The notes below the pieces were generated by a model. That model made no database searches. It saw only the letters and a program-made list of their open reading frames with translations, and was not told where the DNA came from. The translations under genes and the position numbers were made by a program. From Acanthaster planci (lineage: Eukaryota), in the NCBI RefSeq assembly GCF_001949145.1, contig NW_019091358.1:3342535-3406534 (forward strand): a stretch of 64,000 nucleotides of DNA, in the 5' to 3' direction. Numbering within the stretch: the stretch's first letter is position 1; each line of letters begins with the position of its first letter. Shown piece after piece: positions 54,327-64,000 of the stretch.

Positions 54327-54522
54327 GTAAGTTCACCATTGCTTTTGCCAGTGTAAATTACATGTTGTCCAATTGCGTGTATTAAAAGCTTGGACGTGCT
54401 TCAGTTTTGGCATGTACTGTTGGAATACCGAACTGGCTTGTTTTTTTTGGGGGGGGGTTTTCAGCTTGAACTGGTAGTTCCAACTTTCAAATTTCAACTT
54501 TCTTATTTCGTTTCCCTGACAG

Positions 54523-54577
54523 GTGTTGCTGTTTCTTCAGGAGGAAAAAGAAGAAGAGGCCCACTTGTCGCAAATAG
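54523..54577 (+). CDS. CSNK1G: Casein kinase 1 gamma, last coding exon (K-CCCFFRRKKKKRPTCRK-stop), palmitoylation/polybasic membrane anchor
   Basis: tttccctgacag acceptor. Phase 2 junction completes AAG (Lys). CCCFF+basic tail is diagnostic of CK1-gamma. TAG at 54575-54577. Confidence 0.95.
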
Positions 54578-54831
54578 CCCTCCCCCATCCTCTTGCTACT
54601 CCCACAATCCCTCCCAGCGTCTCCCTCTGTTCTCTCGTAGCTGCGCGCTGTTTGCTTGTGGTGCTCGACGTCCGCCCAGCAGGATTCTGCGTACTTGTTG
54701 CTGTCAGATCTTTTGGTGTCCCTTTTTTTTCCCGTTACCAAAAATTCACCCTTTTTTGCCCTGTTTGCCATTGGGTGCTTGTATGATTGAATCCCTCATT
54801 CTCTGGAAGTGCTTCAACTTGTGCCATCTAA

Positions 54832-55128
54832 AGGCCGGTTAATACTCGCTGCGTATTCACTGTGTACACAGCGCAAAGGTCTATTTTGAGTTGTCTGCAG
54901 TGCGTGAACGAAAGCGCAGTGCGTAATGAAAATGCGTGCCCTTGTACGCAGTTATAATGGATAGTGCGTACGCACCAAATGTATGCATATTCGGACAAAT
55001 CGAAATTTGTAACTTTTGTCGGATATTCACACGCAGCCGAGACTTGCAAAAACATGAAAGTATGAACGTCAACTGCTTTGTTCACATTACACGCTGATTG
55101 TGCAAACGCAGCAAGTATGAACCAGCCC
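54832..55128. mobile_element. PIF/Harbinger (Tourist-like) MITE in the CSNK1G 3' UTR region
   Basis: TAA flanks (54829-54831, 55129-55131). TIRs AGGCCGGTTAATACTCGCTGCGT vs revcomp GGGCTGGTTCATACTTGCTGCGT. CpG-rich interior. Confidence 0.8.
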
Positions 55129-58100
55129 TAAATCAGCAAGCGGTGCTGCTTAGATAATAGAATTGATAAGCCGAAAGGGTTTGGATACCAGCAAAAGTTG
55201 CTGGCACAGCAATATGATTTCACTGGTAACCGGGGTGCATTGATGGTTAGTGATCTGTGTCACAGCTGGGCAGTGAAGCTTTGACCTGTTTGGATCGGTA
55301 ATTGTTCAGTTTGTGCAAGAGAAGAAGACAGCAGGAGGTATAAATGTGTCAGCTGATTGAGATGTCTCATCATAAGAGGTGAAAGAAACTGCCTATGACG
55401 AAAAGTTAAGGTTGATGAAGGAATGATGTACATTTTTGTTTCCCCCCGCGAGTCCACGCATATGAAAGACATGTTATTGAAGGAGAAGGATGTGTGGAGT
55501 TTTAAAATTCGGTGCACTGCAAGATAATATTTGACGAACATGTTTTGCATCCAAGCACACTAGATCTTGAGTCTGTGTTCCAGGTGCTGTTTAGAAGCTG
55601 GCTGGTCTACCGTAGTTCTCTCCCCTCACCTGAGCTTTTAAGGGTCATGATTGGTCACACAATATTCACCTTGATCTATAGTATGTTACTCCCTGAAAAT
55701 CCAGCAGGCCCATTCTGTTTAATAATAAATATTAGAGCTTAAATTGCAACCCGGCACCCACTTCAGTAACTTTCAGAGGAGAGAGTGCAAGGATTTTTCA
55801 AAATGTGTTGGTATTTGTTTTGCACTCAAACCGCAGATAGCAAAGCAACAATAGCTAAAAAAAAATGGGGGAGGGGAATGTAGAGGTGCTGAGTCCTGTA
55901 CTTGCACTTGAATGTCTTTACCTGTCCCGGGTCAGAGTCCTGTGTTTAAGAGAGTTTTACGTTGCGTTGCGTTTCCATTCACTGGATGTTCATGTTTTAA
56001 AACATTAGAATAAGGTAGGAGTTCAAAGAAAAAAAAGGGAAAATGGAACATGGGAGTGGTCATGAGTGAAAAAAATTTAGGTTTAAGCAAAAAGTTTCGT
56101 GAAAAATGGGGAATCGTTTCTTTGAAGTTATCTTTCACTGTGTGCATTAATTGGCCTTCGTGGTTTGTTGGCATGTTTGTACAATGTAATTAAGCCCAAG
56201 CGTCAAGTGACATCTGATCGTAGCCTTCTTTTGTCTTTAAAGTGTAATATTTTTGCAATCTCTGTGAAATCATGGAGTGTGCCCTCCGAGGTTTGTCACA
56301 CACACATGTGGCATCAGAACACCAACCCGTTCAGATCAAACTCGCAGAATAGATCCCGTCCCCTGAGGTGGCTAGCCAGTCAATCATGGATATCAGCCTG
56401 TTTTTGTTTTATTCCATTTGCCAGAAACAGTTTCGTAGTAATTATTGCATTTTACTTAATTTCTTCTTTACTTTTTATTACATGTCTGCTGCACATCTTA
56501 CTCGCATCGTCAATCTGCTTCATGCCACCAAACAAAATGCACACTATTGATTTTTATGTTCTCGAGAGGGCTGCAGATAGCATGTACTGCACCACCTTGC
56601 AACTGTACATGTCAGCCCATCACAGCAGCCAAACTGGCAGCAGTGCACTCCCAGCTCAGATCAGACTTTGACCGTTAATCATTCGGCAAAGGTGCATTGA
56701 TCGGTGCTTTTGTTTTATGTAAATCTGAGTGAATATTGTTATCCGCGGAGGTCCTTCCTTCCTGCAACAGGAATGATTTTATTTGATTTGGAAAATCAAT
56801 ATTGTCAAACAGTAACACACTAGAATTGGAGATGACTGTGAATGAGCTTTGAATCAAGTGTTCGTTGCTCTGCAGCTACCCATCAATCACAGTCCTTCAA
56901 CAATAAGCACTTGTTACTCTTAATTCCAGTGTGTAACTCCAGCTTCACTTCTTGCATGTACCTAGACTCGTTGCCCTGATTTGTAGTTGAAGTCATAGAA
57001 ACATTTCAACTGGCTGCTCCATACTGTCCTTATCTCCACTCCCATGATCCTCACCCTTCCACCCATCCCTGCCCCTGCAGCTCTATTTCACCCCTTTATT
57101 CAAGAAATAAAACTGCACCATCTTTGCAAAGTTGTGCAAAGGGTTACATGCATGTGTTAATGCTTAAAGGGCTTTTTATTTAAATGAGTGAAATGTGGCC
57201 AAATGGGCTCTTTTGGAAGTCAGGTCTTGTCTTGTAGCGGTGTGAAGAGGAATTGCACAGACAGGTCAAAGACACTTAAAATCTGCACTCCCCCCTTCCC
57301 TGTCCCTCCATTCCCCTCCACCCACTTGTTCTCCTGACTTGCACAAATGCATGTCAGATTCCCTATTTAAACCATGTACAAAGGATCTACCTCACCTCGA
57401 CCCCGCCCACCAGACCCTTGACCACGCCTAGTTTGCGTAACTTTTTTCTATGGACTTGAGTGAGTTGAAACAGGAGTTATGAATCTCATTTTTTATACCC
57501 AGTGACAGAAAGGAAGAAGTGTTGATGTTGGTTGTTATACTTTGTAGAAATAAATAAGAAAAAAAAAGCCCTGCTTTGAATTTTTTTTTACTACTGTACT
57601 CCGGGAACCCTTGTGACTTTCATATTGGCAGTGGTGAGTAAAACAATCATAGCGAGTCAGGACAGAGTAACTGTAAGAAAAAACACTGGTGAACTTTTCT
57701 TCCGGGGAAAATGTAATGGTGGACTTGTGCAAATAGCGTAGTAATATATTCTGGCTTGATGTCGGCATTCTTATAATGTGCTTGGGTCCTTGTTGATTTC
57801 CTGTCTCAGTGTGCGTTTAGAGATTCTGTATTGAAAAATGGTTTGTTTTTTATTTGTTTTGTTTTGTTGTTTTTTTGTGATGTGGTTCACTGAAAAAGCG
57901 CAAGTGCAGTACACTCGATGCCATTTTGATGTCTGTCATGTTATTTCCTCATCTTCCCTGTCCACTCTGAGCCATAATGTAGCCCAAGTATGAAAGGCTA
58001 TGAAAAGCATCAAATCTTGTCTCTGATAATTTTTTCCCATTGTTTCCCATTGTTGAAATAATTTTTGTTGTGTACCTTTCAAGTTTTGCTGCAATTAACC

Positions 58101-59185
58101 TGTGAACTGAGAAACAAATAGCTATTTTTGTTTTGAAAATGAAGTAAAAAATCAGAAACTATAAGTCTGCATGGTATTGAGCTGTCTTAAGGCTGTGGCT
58201 TAGATTTTGCCATTAGTTAAATTACAGTGAACAGCTGTAGCCACAGGGACAGTGCCTGTTTCCAACACGGCTTGCAGCAGTGTGCCCAAACTCACATATG
58301 CTCACCAGATATTGTACGCAGTACAGATGGTCAGTCTTGTCACAGTCAAAATGTGAGCACACTGGGCTTTGTTCCTGTTACATTTCCACTTTTTCTTTGA
58401 ATCGTTGGGAAAAGTTTATTTGCAGGGCACAACTGATAATCAAGCTTTCAAAAAAAAACTTTGGTGGAAAAACCTGTTAATCACCCTGTAGATAATAAAA
58501 CAGGTACATGAAGCTTGTCATGACTTGGTGACTTCATGTATCTTGCCTGCTTACAAAGTGAGGCCATTTGGGGCCAGTTCTTGCTCATGATTTCAACACA
58601 GGAATAAATCTGCATGGCACTATACCCACGACAATTTTCTCGTGGCAGCTTTTGTTTCAAAGCATTCTTCGACAATCGACGCCTTGCCTGCATCATTGAT
58701 TAAGTATTGTTCCGACCCCATTGCAAAGTTTCCCCCATCTTTAAGTTTTGTGTGTCGTAGTTTCCTGAAGAATTGTTTTCTCTTTTTTAGTATGAAATAG
58801 TTGAAAGAGATGGCAATTTCCCCTGTATATTTTTGTTGATGAGAAGCATTTCTGTAGGTCATCCGGAGTTTTTGTTTTAAAGTATTGTACATGTCAAGTG
58901 TTTGCCAAGTCATTGCACCTATTCTCAACTACACTTTTCACTTTGCATTGGCTTTAGAAAGTATTTTTACTGAAAAGCAGAAATCAATTTACACTCGGTC
59001 TATGTCTGTGTTTACGATTAAAAGTAATTGTGTCCACAGATTAATTTGTAAAAAAAGATACAAAAATGAATCTTTGTTTTAAAGTAAAGGAACTAAGACG
59101 TGATTTTTGTTTCTCTGTTGACTGTATAAATAGCTGTAAGTTAAACATAGCGGGAGTATGCTCTCCACAAATTGCTCCCTTTGTT

Positions 59186-59191
59186 AATAAA
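59186..59191 (+). promoter_or_regulatory. Candidate distal poly(A) signal of CSNK1G (implies a ~4.6 kb 3' UTR)
   Basis: AATAAA preceded by TGTA-rich AT-rich sequence. Other AATAAA hexamers near 57107 and 57549 are alternatives. Confidence 0.35.
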
Positions 59192-60618
59192 AAAACACGG
59201 AAATCTTTCTACTTGTAAATATAACCTACAAAGATTGTAAGTACCTGGTTGCACATGTAATGAATTCATTGCCACAGTGGTACCTCTCAAGGAGTGAGAA
59301 ATGGCAGTTTTTCTGAAAGGGAAGGATGCTAAACGAGCTTGAACTGTCGCAGTTTAGAGGCGTTGTAGTTGGAGGTATACTTCGCTCTGTCAGTTTGTTC
59401 TCAAGAAAATAATGTAGATCACCGGCAGATTTATGATATCCCCAGGAGGAGGGACTGTCTGCCTGAGATGTTCAAAAACCTGCAGTGATTCAGGTTTGAT
59501 TACATGTAGTTGATGCTCAGGATACCGGTGGACTGATCCCGGCTTCTCAAGCATTTTAAGCCTGAGCACTTGAGAACTTTTGGTGACCAAAGAGCCGGTT
59601 GTGGAATAATCCGCAGCCCAAGGCTCAGTCGAGGCAACATACTTTAATTTAGTTTAGGATGGGGGGTGTGATTTTTGTACTTTCCGAAGAAAGTGGCTTG
59701 GGTGCGAATGTTTTGATCAACATATGTTCTGGATTACATTATCTGGTGCATTAAAGGATGATTTGATTTGGTACAGATGTTATGTACCGTAGTGTGCAGT
59801 GAAGGTGCCCTGTAGTGGAAATGAAAAAATTGTTCAAAAAGAAAAACCGGGGGACAAAAAGAAACAAATGGGACAAGAAGTTCCATTTTACAGAAGTTAG
59901 TTAGTTTTTGGCAATGAGAGTTAACGTGAGGTTAAAAATATAGCATTCAAATTATTTGGCTGTTGATAGATTCTATGAAGTTGTCCAATGTGATTTAGTT
60001 TGACATTTCACTGGTGTAATGAAGATCTCCTTTTTTTTGGTGCAGTTTTGCAAGTAGTGCTGTATTCTTACCCAGAACATGAATAATGTCTTCTTTTTTT
60101 TTAATCAGTGCTATATTTTTAACCTGGCATATATAGATGTGATTAAGACAGCTTATTTCCACAAAGAAAATTCTCACTTTGATGAAAATCCTGTTCATAG
60201 CGAGTAATTAAACAACATCTGTGGTTTATTTAAAAGGTAAAACTATGATTAATTATTGAAACTTTGTGGATGTTTTAATAAAAATGATGCAAGTGAATTG
60301 AATGTACCGGCTGTGGGTGTTGTTTACATCGTTAGTTTGTGTCAACTGCACAGCCCTAGTCAGTACCACATTGAAGGACCTTTTTTCCCCAAGGAAATTT
60401 GGGACCGAGTTAGAGAGATAAAATTTGTTCCCATAAATTTTGTCCCCATAACGAATTTGGTCCCCACAACAACTGTCGATTAACAAATGTAACCCCCCGT
60501 GAACTATGGTGCCAGTTTGTGAGTGTAAACCTTGCCATCCTTTGTATGAACCTGATAACAAATAATGCAGGTGGTGTGAGGCCTTGTGTGGACTGAGCCT
60601 GGTCCACACAAGGCTTTT

Positions 60619-60956
60619 GGGGGGCATGTGGCCTAGTGGTTAGGGTTTGTAGGTTCTGATCATAGGGTCAGGGGTTCGAATCCAGCTGGTGGCAGCATGT
60701 TGTGATCCTGGGCAAGTCACTTTACCCCTATGTGCCTCTCTCCACCCAGGAGTAAATGGGTACCTGTGAGGCTATGTTAGCCGTGTATGCCTGATAGGGC
60801 TGCATCAGCTAGTACTGGTATACTTCCCAGGGAGCCGAGATGGTTTCAGGAATGTTCAGTTGTTGTGAGCCCTGTGGCAGGTATAATGATAATACTGCGC
60901 CTTGAGCACCATGGTTGATGGATATGTGCGCTATATAAATATTTTTTATTATTATT
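60619..60956 (+). mobile_element. tRNA-derived SINE (CORE-like body, L2-type tail)
   Basis: A box TGGCCTAGTGG, B box GGTTCGAATCC, CCTGGGCAAGTCACTT and CTCCACCCAGGAGTAAATGGGTACC body motifs, GCGCTATATAAAT plus (ATT)n tail. Confidence 0.88.
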
Positions 60957-62105
60957 TCCCCTTTTGTAAAAGTCTGTTTAGAGGCATTTTTGGTTCAGGG
61001 TTGTTGTGGCAAAAGGAAGTGGAATAGCTAAGGAGACCAGCAACAAAAATCCAGCTAAAAATATTTCTGCTGTTCAAGAAAAATTGGAAATCTGAACTGC
61101 ATGAGAAGAAAGGAATGTTACAGGTAGGTAACAAAATGTGCGGGTAGGCCTTCACCACATCAAGGAGATGGTTTGTATACGAGAAAAGTTCGGACCAAGT
61201 CTGGGTGGACAAAAATCTTGTTTCTGGTCTTCCTAACATCTATGATAAATACATCTTCAGTTCATCTTCTAGTAACAAACGTGTGTTTGTACTTCACAGC
61301 ATGTCATTTCATCTGTTGCGTTGTTCAACTTCTGGGGAAAGGAATCCGCCTCCAAGAACAAAGTTATTTTCTGAGCCTTGGCTTTGGGATTTAATCTGGA
61401 ATGTTTCAGGATGTCATGAAAAATACTTTTCAGCAGTATCATCAGTTTGGAGAAAAATAGGGAACAACTCTATAGCTACCTACATGTTCCAAGGATCATT
61501 TTACCATCTAATGTAGATATATTGTTCTGTTGTTTTTGATAATGCAAATTATTCATAGTTCTTATGCAAAACTTATATGCAAATATATGCACACAAAGCT
61601 GAAAATATTTTAATTTCATCTGCCTTACATACAAATTGGTTGAATACGAGCTCACTTTTTTTTTCCAAAACTTGTGTTTTGTCCTGGAAACGTGAAACTC
61701 ATTGTGGAAGAGACTGCCTTTAAAAATGGTCCACTGAGAAGCAAGTGAACATTATTGATGTTCAATTTGCTATTTTTTTTAAATACAGGCTTTATTCAGG
61801 AAATACCAAACGCATTACATTTAGAAAGACTAATCAATGTTACAACAAATAAAAATGTAGTTCACACTTACTTGGATTAGTTTAATTTTCCTTAAATAAG
61901 GTTTTATCAACCACTACAAGAGTTTGTCAGCAGCAATGTTTTGTGTATGTTTGGTACCCAGGCTCAGAGTAGCATTCTCGTGCCTAATATAAATTTAAAG
62001 TCCCTATTTTCCTCCAGCTTTCAAAACACTACATGCTGTCATGGACACCAAGTCTAAACTAGCTAATGAAAATCACTCGGCCACTGTTGTTCTTCCAACA
62101 ATTCT

Positions 62106-62111
62106 TTTATT
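62106..62111 (-). promoter_or_regulatory. Candidate PCLAF poly(A) signal
   Basis: TTTATT on + (AATAAA on -) about 950 bp past the stop. A second candidate lies at 61791-61796. Confidence 0.35.
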
Positions 62112-63056
62112 GAACGTAACTGTACAATGTAACATTTATGTACAATACTATTAGATTGAGAACTCCAGGCACATCATGTGGAACAGCGAGGCAGAAATTT
62201 GTGTCACTGATACGAGTTTTCTGGCCTGAAATTATGAAGTGAGTAAGAAGAGATCATTTTTATGATTTTCCGTCTCTACTTCTCACCTGCTCTTGGAGGT
62301 ATTTTGCTTTTATCTTGCAACCAAATTAAACAAAAGGCTCGGAATTGGAAGTAAACAATAAGCCTGAGCATTTCTTGCATCTAGAAACATTAAAAAAAAA
62401 TATAAGTATCACGCTAATCTATTTAAAGTGTCGTCTTCAAGATACCTACACAAAAAATTCATAACTTCTAATACCCTAACAAACCACAACAGAATTAGTC
62501 TTTCTGTTTCAACAGGTTACACGTATTTTGAATCAATTTATTCTAGCATATCAAAAATATGCTCAATTCAAGAGAGTGCATTGTTCAAAAGTCATAATTG
62601 CATAGCTGAAAAGAACTTGAACTGTGACATATTCAACTTCTGTGAAAAGTCTGCCAGTCATCAACACAAGATAGCAACAAGTTCTGTTGTTAGCCAAATG
62701 TGGACTGAGTTGTGGGGACATTTTTTTTGTCCCCATGTTTTTGGTCGCCACAAAGTAGTTGAAATATGGAATGTATGTCCCCACAACTACGGTGGGAGAA
62801 TGGGTGTACATGTGATGTGTAACATGATTTGAGAAAAAAAAACACTGATTTCTAAACAGTGACAACTGTAAACCACCTGTCAGTTCTGGTCTAAAAAAAG
62901 GGATCCTTTTGTTTCAATGCCAAAAGTTGTCTGCCTAGTTGCAATGCTGTCGTAAATTTAAGAAGAAAGCTGATTGGGTCTTCAGTTTAGAAAGTTAACT
63001 AGCATCAGAAAGAATGGACAAATCTTTACACAGAAGGAAATGTTTCTGAAGGAAAC

Positions 63057-63240
63057 TCAATCGTCGTCTTCACTGTCGCTGATGCAATTATTCTTTTTAA
63101 ATTTTGCTTTGGACGATGATGCTCCCAAGGAGCATGCTTCCATGTCCGTTTCATTGTCGTCGTCCACAGTCTCCTCGATGTCTGGAACTGTGTCGTCTTC
63201 TACCCTGCTACTATTGTTGCTATCCTGTGCTACTGCGGTC
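63057..63240 (-). CDS. PCLAF: PCLAF last coding exon, acidic tail (TAVAQDSNNSSRVEDDTVPDIEETVDDDNETDMEACSLGASSSKAKFKKNNCISDSEDDD-stop)
   Basis: Minus-strand acceptor ttttttcctgtttacacag. Phase 2 matches the upstream exon. 60 open codons then TGA at 63059-63057. Confidence 0.82.
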
Positions 63241-63834
63241 CTGTGTAAACAGGAAAAAAATTGTCATTTTGAAGTCAGTTCTGGAAGTTTAGCCCGGGCT
63301 CTGAGGACTACCAATGAGAAGCTGTAGTCACATGCTCAAAATAGTGCAGAGCACAAGGCCACCCTGCTTACTCAGTTACAGCAGGATATAACAAGCATGC
63401 CCATGGAGGCTACCAGCTAGTAGCTTTTATGCATCCGCCCTGGTGAGTCAATCAGATGTGCCTAGGTCATTTTCACTGTTCAGAAGGTACTTTTCCATTG
63501 ACTGATTCTGCGCTCAAGTTCCAACACCTTTGTGACCTTCAGGCGTCATGTCTGCGACACTACAAAATTTCACACAATTTACACACGGCAGGGCTTTATC
63601 CAGGTAACAATGCAATAATGAAAAGGATTGGATTTAACGTGAATCAAAGGCAGGGGAAAATTTGAGGAAAAATCGAGGTGCAACCCGTCAGGAGACTTGT
63701 TAACATTGTCGAATTGCCCACTTTCAAGAAATTAGGAAACATTTTCTCAGAAACAAATCTCATTGCTTGCATAATCAAAATCCCAGTCAACTCTGATTCT
63801 ATTCTCCCTGCCCAAACCCATCTCCCCTTCTCAC

Positions 63835-64000
63835 CTGTCCTCTTTGCTGCTGCATCCTGCCTCTACCGAAGTCTCCCCATCCTCTGGGTCGACGTTCTCC
63901 TTTTGTTTCGTGGCACTCCTTGGCGACCTGATCATGAAATTGGTGATTTCTTTCTGCCACTCTGGCGTTGGTCGTGGGCAGACCGGATTCCCTCCTCGGT
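63835..64000 (-). CDS. PCLAF: PCNA clamp-associated factor (PAF15/KIAA0101), penultimate coding exon, truncated by the window edge (RGGNPVCPRPTPEWQKEITNFMIRSPRSATKQKENVDPEDGETSVEAGCSSKEDR)
   Basis: Manual minus-strand translation resembles human PAF15 GGNPVCVRPTPKWQKGIGEFF (PIP box) followed by a KEN box. Donor AG/gtgaga at 63834. Not in the ORF track. Confidence 0.92.

Noticed and set aside
54390..54842. 150-aa ORF over the last CK1-gamma exon
   Set aside because: Wrong frame. The spliced frame gives the conserved CCCFF tail.
60619..60690. tRNA gene (also 47580-47650 on -)
   Set aside because: A and B boxes continue into a SINE body and tail, and no intact cloverleaf is evident.
62974..63327. 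+ strand 117-aa Ser-rich ORF
   Set aside because: Antisense shadow of the PCLAF last exon.

Overview
Eukaryotic (metazoan, probably marine invertebrate; taxon not determinable here) genomic DNA, mostly intronic. Ten coding exons of a casein kinase 1 gamma gene (CSNK1G/gilgamesh type) lie on the + strand from 2430 to 54577. They join in frame at GT-AG sites and end in the CCCFF-polybasic palmitoylation tail; the first coding exon is upstream of the window. The last two coding exons of a convergent PCLAF (PAF15/KIAA0101) gene lie on the - strand at 63057-64000, echoing the human CSNK1G1-PCLAF adjacency. Introns carry non-autonomous DNA transposons (a THAP-bearing Kolobok-like element, a 9-bp-TSD foldback, piggyBac-, pogo-, hAT- and Harbinger-like MITEs), tRNA-derived SINEs, small tandem arrays and a 687-N gap. 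The most unusual signal is the very high density of TA-NNNN-TA 8-mers (TACATGTA, TACCGGTA, TACCAGTA/TACTGGTA, TAGGCCTA). At three sites internal comparison indicates a 6-bp insertion at a TA, matching Tc1/mariner excision footprints. Nearly all short ORFs in the supplied track are spurious. No prokaryotic-type system (CRISPR, operon, rRNA) is present.
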